A stretch of 19,855 bases of DNA from positions 1 to 19,855 of the forward strand of contig JAYODI010000020.1 in assembly GCA_038279365.1 (NCBI GenBank), in the 5' to 3' direction. Positions 1-8,896 of this stretch are shown piece by piece. Origin of the DNA: Candidatus Latescibacterota bacterium. Its GTDB lineage: Bacteria; Latescibacterota; UBA2968. The position numbers and the translations under genes are program-made. Within the stretch, counting starts at the first letter, position 1; every line of letters begins with the position of its first letter. The notes beneath the pieces were generated by a model that worked only from the letters and a program-made list of their open reading frames with translations, did no database searches and had not been told where the DNA came from.

Positions 1-1260
1 GTGGGTGAAGATTTTATGGCGGCGGGGTATCGCACGGCCTTGGTGGGCAAGGCACATTTTCAGCCGTTGCACGGCACAGATGAATTCCCATCTTTGGAAT
101 CGTATCCGACACTGCAAGATTTGGATTTTTGGCGCAATTATAAAGAGCCGTTTTATGGGTTTGAGCACATTGAGTTGGCGAGAAATCATACGGATGAAGC
201 GCATGTGGGCCAGCATTATGCGATTTGGTTGGAGGAAAAAGGGTGCACGAATTGGAAAGATTATTACCGGCCCCCTACGGGCAACAACAACAGCCAAAAG
301 CGCACGTGGGAAATTCCTGAGGAATTTCATTATGGTACGTGGATAGCCGAGCGGTCGTGTGAATTGTTGGATCAATACAAAGAAAATGATGAGCCGTTCT
401 TTTTGTGGTCGAGCTTTTTTGACCCGCACCCTGCATATTTGGTGCCACGCCCCTGGGATACGATGTATGACCCCAAGTCGTTGACCATTGCACAAGTGAC
501 ACCGGGTGAACACGACAAGAACCCCCCGCACTTTCAACTGACACAAACGGAAAAACCGGACTTTTCGCCGTGGAAATCGAGTGGCAAGGGGTTACATGGG
601 TTTAGCTCACATTTGCACGACAAGGATGAATTGGCCAAAGATGTGGCCATTTATTATGGGATGGTGAGTTTGATGGACAAGCAGATTGGTCAGATTATGG
701 ACAAGCTTGATGCATTGGGTTTGTCGGAAAATACGTTGGTGGTGTTTTCATCGGATCACGGGCATTTTTATGGGCAACACGGGTTAACGGCCAAGGGTGC
801 GTTTCATTATGAAGATATGGTGCGTGTGCCGTTTGTGGTGCGCCAACCCGGCAAAGTGCCTGCGGGTAAACAGTCTGAGTCATTACAATCGTTGGTCGAT
901 TTGGCACCGTCATTTTTGAGTGCGGCGGGCATTGATGTGCCACACGGGATGACGGGTGAAAACCAATCGCCAGTTTGGTATGGTGAAAAGGACACGGTGC
1001 GCGATCATGTGATTGTGGAAAATCACCACGACCCGTTGACGTTACATGTGAAGACGTATGTGGAAGATCGCTATAAGTTGACGGTGTATTATGGGCAAGA
1101 TTATGGCGAGTTGTTTGACTTGCAAGAAGACCCTGGCGAGGTGAACAATTTGTGGAATGATGCGGGGAGCCAAACCTTAAAGATGGAACTGACGCGCAAA
1201 TTGCTTCACGCTGAAATGTATAAAGAATCGTTGCCTATGCCACGTGTTTGGGGTGCGTAG
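1..1260 (+). CDS. Sulfatase-like hydrolase, 5'-truncated by window edge
   Basis: Motifs GYRTALVGKAHF, SFFDPHP, YYGMVSLMDKQIG, VFSSDHG, KG, VRVPF and ELFDLQEDPGEVNNL are typical of sulfatases. The catalytic CxPxR lies upstream of the window. Confidence 0.93.
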   Translation: MGEDFMAAGYRTALVGKAHFQPLHGTDEFPSLESYPTLQDLDFWRNYKEPFYGFEHIELARNHTDEAHVGQHYAIWLEEKGCTNWKDYYRPPTGNNNSQKRTWEIPEEFHYGTWIAERSCELLDQYKENDEPFFLWSSFFDPHPAYLVPRPWDTMYDPKSLTIAQVTPGEHDKNPPHFQLTQTEKPDFSPWKSSGKGLHGFSSHLHDKDELAKDVAIYYGMVSLMDKQIGQIMDKLDALGLSENTLVVFSSDHGHFYGQHGLTAKGAFHYEDMVRVPFVVRQPGKVPAGKQSESLQSLVDLAPSFLSAAGIDVPHGMTGENQSPVWYGEKDTVRDHVIVENHHDPLTLHVKTYVEDRYKLTVYYGQDYGELFDLQEDPGEVNNLWNDAGSQTLKMELTRKLLHAEMYKESLPMPRVWGA

Positions 1261-1281
1261 GGTGTGGTGGACAGGAAAAAG

Positions 1282-1313
1282 AAAACCCAAGGCTATGATT
1301 GCCTTGGGTTTTT
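1282..1313 (+). terminator. Intrinsic terminator after sulfatase (potentially bidirectional)
   Basis: aaaacccaaggc-tatgatt-gccttgggtttt, a perfect 12-bp inverted repeat with T and A runs, starting 21 nt after the stop. Confidence 0.8.
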
Positions 1314-1339
1314 AATTTGGAGTAGGCGTATCTATTTAC

Positions 1340-1680
1340 CCAGGGCTTTGGCTTGACTAAAAATGTGGTGCCTTGTTTGGGTTGGTAGGTTATTTCTATG
1401 ACGCCTTCACATTTTTTTACGGTATTGTATGCGTTTGCCAACGCCAAACCCGTTCCGATGTCTGCTTGGGGCGCAAAAAATGTTCAAACACACGTTTTTA
1501 GGTTTTGGCGTCCATACTGATGTTCTGTATCTTGAATGGTGAGCCAAACTTGGTTGTTGTCCACTTGTTTTGTGCCGATATGTATTTCTTCTCTATTGGG
1601 GAGCGCATCTATGGCGTTGAATATGCAACGGATGACCATATCCAATCAACCTACGGGTATGCTTTGTATCAGAGGAATGG
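1340..1680 (-). pseudogene. Degraded sensor histidine kinase, HATPase_c domain remnant
   Basis: Across frames the minus strand reads LDMVIRCIFNAIDALPNREEIHIGTKQVDNNQVWLTIQDT / ISMDAKT*KRVFEHF / ADIGTGLALANAYNTVKKCEGVIEITYQPKQGTTFLV, i.e. N, G1, F and G2 boxes in order. Stops at 1646-1648 and 1498-1500 and two frameshifts. Boundaries approximate. Confidence 0.8.
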
Positions 1681-1776
1681 TTTTGATGGCTCTATAAAAG
1701 CATTTTGGTACGTTGGGGGTAAGACCCTATATTGTAACTGTTGGCAGTTTTAAAACCCAACAACCAGGTCATAACT

Positions 1777-2156
1777 GAGGCATTGGATACGTTCCCCAAT
1801 TTTATCTTTAAAGCGTTTACAAAATTTGCATCTCCGCTTTTGGGTGGTATATTGGCGGTGTGCCTGACGGTGATCGCAAATTTGCGGGGGCTACACGTGG
1901 GTTTTTAATTGTGGCCCTTGATCCTGGGCAGGTGAATGATACTGGGGAATTTAAAAGAGAAGTGTCACGCAATGTTTTTAAGACGCGGTCTTTAAAACCG
2001 ATGCCAGGATTGAAGCGTGCAGAATTGTTAGGTGGTTTGGAATGGGAATGAGTAAAGGCGTGGCGTGTGGCTGGTATTCCTATTTTAGATGACCATAAAG
2101 TTTTGCTACAATCGTTGGCCGATGGGTTGAATTGATCCCTACCTTTGGAGGCATAA
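1777..2156 (+). pseudogene. 3' remnant of Ldh_2-family (malate/L-lactate/sulfolactate dehydrogenase type) oxidoreductase
   Basis: Reads FPNFIFKAF..LLGGILA / GVPDGDRKFAGATRGFLIVALDPGQVNDTGEFKREV...KPMPGLKRAELLGGLEWE*VKAWRVAGIPILDDHKVLLQSLADGLN*SLPLEA*. This matches the family C-terminus (iaiDP..F....pG...lPG..E.....GIP). Frameshift near 1857; in-frame TGA at 2049 and 2133. Confidence 0.72.
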
Positions 2157-2581
2157 TGCCAGATGAGCAATTGATAAATGGTCTTGCGACTGATGGGCGA
2201 AAGGTCGTGGCACAGACACAACGCATTTTAATGCACATTGGTCAATCGACCGAAACGGCGTGGGGGGAGTTGTTTGAGGCACTCAATGTGTCACTTACAG
2301 ATCAAAAGATATCCCAACCGACCAAAGATGCGCTGCACAATATGATGAATGCGTTGCAATTTCATGATGTGGTTGCACAACAATTGGCAGCGGCCAAAAC
2401 GATACTTACCACTTTTGATGAACAACTCTCACCATTTGCCAACGCGCCTGATGAAGCCGATTTGGAAGTGTCTGTGGCAGGTGCTTTTGATGCAACGGCC
2501 AGTTTTGATCGTGAACGGGTAGATGTCGATGATTTGGATGCGTGGATTCAGAAAGCAAAAGATGAAAGCGATAAATCGTAA
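2156..2581 (+). CDS. CheZ-like protein phosphatase (putative)
   Basis: ATG 2156 follows GGAGG and overlaps the upstream stop (TAATG). Helical protein with ALQFHDVVAQ (DxxxQ motif), an acidic linker and C-terminal VDVDDLDAWI resembling the CheY-binding helix. Confidence 0.6.
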   Translation: MPDEQLINGLATDGRKVVAQTQRILMHIGQSTETAWGELFEALNVSLTDQKISQPTKDALHNMMNALQFHDVVAQQLAAAKTILTTFDEQLSPFANAPDEADLEVSVAGAFDATASFDRERVDVDDLDAWIQKAKDESDKS

Positions 2582-2603
2582 AGCTTTGCACTTGTATATG
2601 TGA

Positions 2604-2638
2604 AAAAAAAGCAGCACACTCTGTGTGCTGCTTTTTTT
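2604..2638. terminator. Bidirectional intrinsic terminator between convergent genes
   Basis: A-run, gcagcacac-tct-gtgtgctgc, then T7. Confidence 0.88.
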
Positions 2639-2694
2639 ATTTTGTGATGTCGAAAATGACTCTTACGCTGTGTGAAAAGGTGCGTATGATGCGT

Positions 2695-4122
2695 TTAATC
2701 CTGATTGGATGTTACTTGGGCCGTTTTTTCGGCACGGTAAAGCTCTATGCCCTGTTCATCATAAAATATCAAAGACGCAGTTGCACTGCCATTTTTATGG
2801 GCTTTGATGTCTACCATGATAAAGCCCCCCGTGGGTTTATCGTATGTGTATTTTTGATTGATCAATCGGTTGGGATCTGTAGACATATGATTACCCGGAT
2901 GAATGCCATTGATTGCGTTGGCATCTATGAGGGTGCCACATCCAAATTCTTCAAATCCTGTTGGGTGAACATTGTGATATTGCCAGTTGCGATCACCACA
3001 AATGATGTAAAAATTTTTGTCATAAAATGCATTGCGGTACAACCAAGTAACAAAGGCATCTCCTTCGTGCCGAAAGCCTTTCAAGTTTGCATGGTTGTCT
3101 TTTCTGCGTACGTCATCTGGGCCCACGATGGGTGTTGGTGAGATGAGAAATTTGAAGGTGGCATCGCTTTCTAAGAGTGTTCGTTTGAGCCATTCTTTTT
3201 GTTTGTTGCCCCACAGTGTTTTATTGGGTTCATCGGGCATATCATTGGCACTGCGATAATCGCGGTTTTCGGTGAGCCAAATTTGTACAAGTTTTCCTAA
3301 CCGATGGGTTCGATAGGTGACGGCATCTTTTCGGAAGGGGGTGGTGATGGGGACTTGTTCTTTAAAAATGGCAATACCATTTTCGTGGGAAGGAAAACGT
3401 GTTCCTGTTGGGTCGGCATCGCCAAAGCGATAATCGCGGTCGTTTTTTTGCCAATAGGCAGGAATATGTTGCGCGAGTTGGTCAAAGTGGGGTTGCGCAA
3501 AGAGTTCATGCCATTTTTGACGCATTTGTTTTACGGTCTGCGTGATGGGTTTGCTGGGGTAATCGTAATAAACATTGTTGCCTGTTGAAATGAAAAAATC
3601 GGGTTTGAGTTGTGTGATGGCGGCAAAGGCTGGGTAGCCTTGGGTTTTGTCTTCGCTTTGATCTGTGTGTAGAAATTTGTGATAATTCATGCTGGCAACC
3701 ACAACAAAACGCATTGGTTTTATGACCTGGTCTTTGGGCAAAGTGTGAAAGGTGCCTGTGTGACTGCGTTTCACATTTTGCGTGGTTGATCCATAGACGA
3801 GTCGATAATAATATTGTGTGTCGGGTTCCAACAAGTCTACTTGGGCTTTAATGATGTGGTCATCGCGCGCAAATGCTTCTTGCCAACCTGTGGTGAAAGG
3901 GGCATTAAAATCTTCGCTTTGTGAAATTTCAAACTGTGCCCACCCCGTTTGACCCAATAAGTCGCCATTGACAAGTTGACTCCCCTTGGTAAGTCGTGAC
4001 TGAAGCAGGGCACTGGTTTGTGTGACTTCACCAGACATGATGCCTTGTCCAAGCGATGGTTGGGCATGTATTTGAGGAACAAAGCATAAAAAACCAACGA
4101 TGGTTAAAATGAATTTCAGCAT
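2695..4122 (-). CDS. Alkaline phosphatase D (PhoD) family protein, secreted, with substituted active site
   Basis: Signal peptide, then MSGEVTQTSALLQSRL, LEPDTQYYYR, GNNVYYD, ENRDYRS, LWGNKQKEWLKRTL and ICGDRNWQY, all PhoD-family segments. Confidence 0.85.
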   Translation of the reverse strand: MLKFILTIVGFLCFVPQIHAQPSLGQGIMSGEVTQTSALLQSRLTKGSQLVNGDLLGQTGWAQFEISQSEDFNAPFTTGWQEAFARDDHIIKAQVDLLEPDTQYYYRLVYGSTTQNVKRSHTGTFHTLPKDQVIKPMRFVVVASMNYHKFLHTDQSEDKTQGYPAFAAITQLKPDFFISTGNNVYYDYPSKPITQTVKQMRQKWHELFAQPHFDQLAQHIPAYWQKNDRDYRFGDADPTGTRFPSHENGIAIFKEQVPITTPFRKDAVTYRTHRLGKLVQIWLTENRDYRSANDMPDEPNKTLWGNKQKEWLKRTLLESDATFKFLISPTPIVGPDDVRRKDNHANLKGFRHEGDAFVTWLYRNAFYDKNFYIICGDRNWQYHNVHPTGFEEFGCGTLIDANAINGIHPGNHMSTDPNRLINQKYTYDKPTGGFIMVDIKAHKNGSATASLIFYDEQGIELYRAEKTAQVTSNQD

Positions 4123-4161
4123 GCAACATGCATCCTCTCTGCTTGTTAATGGGGTTGGTGT

Positions 4162-5385
4162 TTATTCAATGATTGTACCTTCTTTTTGAACGCGTTTTGA
4201 CATTGTTTTGAAGGTTTCAGATCCGTCATCAACCCAGCGTTCATAGTGAATGCCTTGCACAGCTCCTTCTTCAAAGCCTGTGATGGTTTCAACTTTGGGG
4301 TCGCCTTGGGTATAGATTTTGTGTCCACTGGGCAAATGAATGACACCTAAGGCATTGATTTGAGCAATGTGCGCGCGTTTGGCCGCTTGTTGGAGCTTTT
4401 TTTCATCAATGTCTAAGCCAATGCCAGGGGCTTCGGGCACACGCGAAAAACCGTCGATAACGTCAATGGTCGATGTGGTAATGTCGTCTTCATACTGATC
4501 GTCTAAGGTGATGAGGTGCGCTGTTGCGGTGGGCAAAACGGCGGCTTGGTGTAGCGAAAAAGCTTTCATGAGGGCATTGCCAGATTGTTGAATCAGCACC
4601 TGTATGTTTGCTTTGCCATACGCGTAACCGGCTTCGAGTGTTTTGCCTATGCCCCCACCGGTCATATAAATATCGGCCACGCCGTGAATGACCTCTTGCA
4701 TCCCACCCAGTTGCGCATTGTGCATGACGATTGGAAGCTGTGTTTTGCCGCGTAGTGTGCGCCAACCATCAATGTCTGTCCAGGGAAGCGGATCTTCAAT
4801 GAAGGCCACAACGGGATAGTTGCGTTCAAGGGTAGCCACAATGGGAAGAACGGTGGCCATGGTGCGGTTGTGATTAAAATCCCAATGTAGCTTGAATCCG
4901 TCGGGGGCCACATCGGCGGCGGCTTTGGTTTGTTCTATCACGTCCCATTTGGCATCGGAATGCATTTTAAAAATACGATAACCTTGATCGACGGCACGTT
5001 GAATTTCGTTGGCAAAAATTTCGGGTGCACACGGGCGCGTCCATGCCGCCACTGGAGCGGCATCGCGTAGTTTTTGCCCCATGAGTTTGTAGGCAGGTAC
5101 TTCGAGATATTTGCCCATAACGTCGTAAAGGGCCATGCCAATGGCCATGTTAAAGTTGTTGCCAATAAAGTCGAATGGGTTGCGATCTATGAGGGGTTCA
5201 ATTTCTGAAGGTGCAATGTTGGTGCGGTCTTCATAATCGCCATAGCCAATGATGCCGTTGTCGGTTGTGATTTTGACGACCACGTGTTGGTCAATGTCAT
5301 ACATTCGTGTTTTGCCGTGATGGTTGTCATATCGGTTGGCAAGTGGGAGGGCAATGGGAATGATTTCGATGTTGGTGATTTTCAT
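4162..5385 (-). CDS. Mandelate racemase/muconate lactonizing enzyme family protein (enolase superfamily)
   Basis: MKITNIEI start after AGGAG, VVKITTDNGIIGYG, MALYDVMGKYLEVPAYKLMG, WDFN, IEDP and VPEAPGIGLDIDE. Confidence 0.9.
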   Translation of the reverse strand: MKITNIEIIPIALPLANRYDNHHGKTRMYDIDQHVVVKITTDNGIIGYGDYEDRTNIAPSEIEPLIDRNPFDFIGNNFNMAIGMALYDVMGKYLEVPAYKLMGQKLRDAAPVAAWTRPCAPEIFANEIQRAVDQGYRIFKMHSDAKWDVIEQTKAAADVAPDGFKLHWDFNHNRTMATVLPIVATLERNYPVVAFIEDPLPWTDIDGWRTLRGKTQLPIVMHNAQLGGMQEVIHGVADIYMTGGGIGKTLEAGYAYGKANIQVLIQQSGNALMKAFSLHQAAVLPTATAHLITLDDQYEDDITTSTIDVIDGFSRVPEAPGIGLDIDEKKLQQAAKRAHIAQINALGVIHLPSGHKIYTQGDPKVETITGFEEGAVQGIHYERWVDDGSETFKTMSKRVQKEGTIIE

Positions 5386-5686
5386 AGCCAACTCCTAATA
5401 GGCTTGTGGGGTGTGATGTGTTCGTTCATGATGTATGATGACATAAAAAAGGTCAAGCCACATTTGTGTGGGAGATTTTATATTTGTAGTCTTATTGGAG
5501 AGTGCCATCAAACGCATTTTTCTGCAACCAATAAAACGTGACCGACACGGTGCAGATATTCTTATGTGTGATCATTTGTGTTATCCAACAATCGTCTTTG
5601 GTTATCATCGGCCATTTGGCTGAAGTTGGTCTCTCTCAAAATATAAAAAAGTGGTAGATGTTGTTGATAGCAACTTGATGATAGCA

Positions 5687-6757
5687 TCAACAGACCTCTG
5701 GCACACCGTCTTCACGGCGTTTATGTGGGGTTTTGTGATTGCCTGCCAGGATGTCGGCGGCCGTCCAGCCCATGTTGCCATGTCTTACGGCACCATAACG
5801 AACGCTTCCTTCGTCGGCAAATGGACGCACATTGGGCAGATCGAGCCAAATGCGCAAGAGCACGCGTTTTTTATCTTCATCTTCAATGGGTTCATAGCCT
5901 TCTTTTCCGTGGAACACCGTGTAGTTATTGAAAAAGGCAATGTCACCAGTATGCAATGGAAAAGCGAAGCTATTTTTTATGGCTGTTTCGGCAATAAAAT
6001 CGAAAATTTCAGTTTCTTGATCTGTGAGTTCTTGTTCAGCTTTTTTCATGCCACCGCGAATCCAACCCGGGTGAAAACGACAGGTGACCACACCTTCTGC
6101 GGCGCTAAATGCAGGTATTTTAAAATTGGAGAATGTTGTTTCGTTTGGATAATTGTCGACTCTGTTCCAGATAAAACCTTCATAGAGTCTGGGCAGGTAT
6201 TCGGGGTGTTGGCGGAGGATTTCGTTGTATACGGTCATTGAACTGGCGGCCAAGCTTTTTGGATCATCGGGTGCTTGGCGAACACAGAAAAGACCCACGC
6301 AATCTGAGAGATCTACGTGCAGTGCGCTGGGAGTGGGTTTGCCAAGAATGCGTGCGCCGTTTTGAGGAGCCAACTTTCCATCTGTGATATAATGAATCAG
6401 ACCGGCTTCTTTGTTTTGGGTGACACCGATCCCAAGGTGCGTACAAAGGCCCCAATACATTTTTTCTAAGTCTTCAAAATTATATCCTTCTGTTGGGAAG
6501 TTGGAAAGTAAAGTGAGCCCTCTGCCATTGCGAAGTTGGTGTAAAAGGTCTTTGAGGGTCTCTTTTAAACTGGGAAGTGGAAAGTCTTTTTGTGTGATTT
6601 CGGGAAATTTTAAGCCACGTTTATTGACTTGCTGAAGGGCTTGATCCAATTCGTCTTGTTGTTGTGTTGTAAGGCTAAATTTCCAAGAGGAGTCGTGTTC
6701 TAAGTCTTCACCGGTCCAAGCACTTGCATCTTGTATGGGTTTCATATGTGGGGACAT
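5687..6757 (-). CDS. TauD/TfdA-family Fe(II)/2-oxoglutarate dioxygenase
   Basis: AWTGEDL N-terminus, HVD...H facial triad (LHVDLSD; GDIAFFNNYTVFHGK), RVLLRIWL, and an AGGAG RBS. Confidence 0.9.
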   Translation of the reverse strand: MSPHMKPIQDASAWTGEDLEHDSSWKFSLTTQQQDELDQALQQVNKRGLKFPEITQKDFPLPSLKETLKDLLHQLRNGRGLTLLSNFPTEGYNFEDLEKMYWGLCTHLGIGVTQNKEAGLIHYITDGKLAPQNGARILGKPTPSALHVDLSDCVGLFCVRQAPDDPKSLAASSMTVYNEILRQHPEYLPRLYEGFIWNRVDNYPNETTFSNFKIPAFSAAEGVVTCRFHPGWIRGGMKKAEQELTDQETEIFDFIAETAIKNSFAFPLHTGDIAFFNNYTVFHGKEGYEPIEDEDKKRVLLRIWLDLPNVRPFADEGSVRYGAVRHGNMGWTAADILAGNHKTPHKRREDGVPEVC

Positions 6758-6791
6758 GATTGTTTCTCCTTGTTATGAGCGATACATGTAT

Positions 6792-8810
6792 TTACCGTTC
6801 TTCTATACCGTGATACCGGTTGGGGCGTCCACCATAAACGGGTGCCCGGCCGTCCCAAAATTCAGGTATCGTGTTGATTTTGCCTCTCCATGCTCCTCTT
6901 GGTGGCAGCATGTGGGCAGTAAAAGATTGGTTTTGCGAACCGGGCGATGTGGCTGTCTGTGTTGCTGTTTCAGAATGGTAGTGATAGCCATAAATACCAT
7001 GCCTGTGCCCTCCCCAAGCATCAAGGGGTTCTGTAGCCCCTTCGCTGCTGGTGTCATTGGGTATATATTTTCCATAGCCTGCAATACCGTCAAAACCCAA
7101 GCTGATAATGGGAGGATGGGTTTGACCAGCGTAATCTGGTGTGTTGTATAAGTTAAATCCTCGCCCTGTTGCACTGTGTCCATCGGCGTGGTAGTGCGCT
7201 CCTAAACCGCGGCCTGAGTGAATGCCCGTGCTGGTGATTTCACCTACTTCTTGTGCAAATGCGAGTGTGTTGTTGAGGCTGGGATAAACAACAACACCAT
7301 CAATAGCGATGCCGGTTGCAGAGACACTGGCATAGTTGAGATGGTTGAAGGTTGAAACGTTTTCATCTGTGGCGAGGTTGTCTGTTAACGTATTTTCTGT
7401 AAGCGTTTCTACTTCGCCGTAATCTTTCATGGCAATTTTGGCCATATATCCCATGCGAGCGGCATTGCGTGTTACTTTTTGCTCTGGGTATTGGGTTCCT
7501 GGTGCGCCATCTCCTGGGGGGCGTGGTACATCCCACAAGTGGGTCATGCCTTCAGGAACACCATAACTGGCAATGACCATAAATGGATGATGTATGCCAT
7601 TGGCATCTGCTTCATTGGTAAAGTAAACATAAGGAATGGTGTTTTCGCCAATCTGCATGTCATACATGTCTGATACTTGTACGATTCTTGAGAGCATGTT
7701 TTGGCGAACTGTTTTGTAAAATGTGATGGGATAGCGGAGTTTTGATCCTTCCGCAGTTAGGGTAGAGTCGATGGTCGCAAGCATGGTTTCTGCGGCTTTT
7801 GTGGTTGCATCATTTAATCCTTTTGCGGTTACTTGGGCTTTGTAAGGCCCTAAAATATCTTTGATGGATCCTGCCAGCCGATCTGTACCGTTGGAGGTAG
7901 CTCGAAATTCTTCATTGCTCACACGTGCGACATTTGTTGGGTTAAAGTCAATGGGTATGTCTTGTTCTAAAGGGGCTTGATACAATATGAATGGTGTGCC
8001 TGTTTGGGGGCTAAGAACAACTGCCGAACCGTTGATGGCAACATGCATCGCGGCCCAAGTGCTATCTGCTACAAAATCACTTGTTGCTGCATTGTAGGTA
8101 TAATGCCTGTTGGCAGTGATTTGTGTGGTTCCATTTGATGTTGTGAAGGTAAATGTGAGGAAGGCTGCCGATGTGGTGTTTAAGAAATAGCTTCGTATAT
8201 CTCGCATTACGAGTGTGGGCGTCCCTGCGATGGTGGCGTAGTCAACGGCATAATTGGCATGTTTGGGCGAGATAATCATATAGGTATTGGAAGATATTTC
8301 GATGAGTTTAAACATCGATTTGAGCAGTGTGTTTTGAGGCAGTGTGGTTGATGTGGCCAATCCACTTTCTATGGTAAAGGTGGCAGCATATGAGGTGCTG
8401 TTGTCATTTATGGCAATCAGGTCTTGCGTGTTTGCAACACCGAGTGAAATGCGTGTGAGATTGCCGAGCGATTGGGTGTGTGGTGTCCAGGAGATGGTTT
8501 GGTTGGTGGCAAGGATTTCAGCAAAGGTTTGAGGCGCATAAAAGCGTGTGGGTGTCGCATTGTCATTTCCCGTTGTGCCAAAGTTGCTGGCAAAGGTGAC
8601 AAAGTCTGAAAAATCCACTTTGTTGTCGCAGTTGAAATCTCCAACGAGCGATCCACACTCTGCATTGGGTTCTCCTGTTTTACCGAAGTTTGTTGCAAAG
8701 ATAAGGAAGTCGGAAAAGTCTACTTTGTTGTCGCTGTTTAAATCACCCGTTTGGGCATGTAAGGGGCCGATGTAAAAAAAGGAAAAGAGAAAGAACCAAT
8801 ATATTTTCAT
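6792..8810 (-). CDS. Secreted protein with N-terminal dockerin-like EF-hand repeats and C-terminal YHYH-type domain
   Basis: Signal peptide (..PLHA/Q), two DxNxDxxVDFxDF repeats, and C-terminal GIAIDGVVVY, AHYH, GFDGIAGYG, LDAWGGH, YHYH motifs. Confidence 0.8.
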   Translation of the reverse strand: MKIYWFFLFSFFYIGPLHAQTGDLNSDNKVDFSDFLIFATNFGKTGEPNAECGSLVGDFNCDNKVDFSDFVTFASNFGTTGNDNATPTRFYAPQTFAEILATNQTISWTPHTQSLGNLTRISLGVANTQDLIAINDNSTSYAATFTIESGLATSTTLPQNTLLKSMFKLIEISSNTYMIISPKHANYAVDYATIAGTPTLVMRDIRSYFLNTTSAAFLTFTFTTSNGTTQITANRHYTYNAATSDFVADSTWAAMHVAINGSAVVLSPQTGTPFILYQAPLEQDIPIDFNPTNVARVSNEEFRATSNGTDRLAGSIKDILGPYKAQVTAKGLNDATTKAAETMLATIDSTLTAEGSKLRYPITFYKTVRQNMLSRIVQVSDMYDMQIGENTIPYVYFTNEADANGIHHPFMVIASYGVPEGMTHLWDVPRPPGDGAPGTQYPEQKVTRNAARMGYMAKIAMKDYGEVETLTENTLTDNLATDENVSTFNHLNYASVSATGIAIDGVVVYPSLNNTLAFAQEVGEITSTGIHSGRGLGAHYHADGHSATGRGFNLYNTPDYAGQTHPPIISLGFDGIAGYGKYIPNDTSSEGATEPLDAWGGHRHGIYGYHYHSETATQTATSPGSQNQSFTAHMLPPRGAWRGKINTIPEFWDGRAPVYGGRPNRYHGIEER
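8577..8747 (-). repeat. Duplicated dockerin-like Ca-binding repeat (protein level)
   Basis: GDLNSDNKVDFSDFLIFATNFG and GDFNCDNKVDFSDFVTFASNFG. Confidence 0.85.
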
Positions 8811-8896
8811 GGGGCTGTTTCCTTGAGCGTCTGGTACCGTTTTGGGTGCTCGGAGTCTTTGGGTTAAGTGGGTTGCACAGGTAGGTTTACCAATGC

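Noticed and set aside
1505-1753. 82-aa plus-strand ORF
   Set aside because: It is antisense to the histidine-kinase remnant and has no RBS or motif.
2049-2135. TGA recoding (selenocysteine or alternative code) in the Ldh_2 remnant
   Set aside because: The same remnant has a frameshift and lacks its 5' part, and TGA terminates the intact genes ending at 4162 and 5687.
2623-6241. Antisense ORFs such as 2623-3141 and 5651-6241
   Set aside because: They are shadows of well-supported minus-strand genes and carry no motifs.
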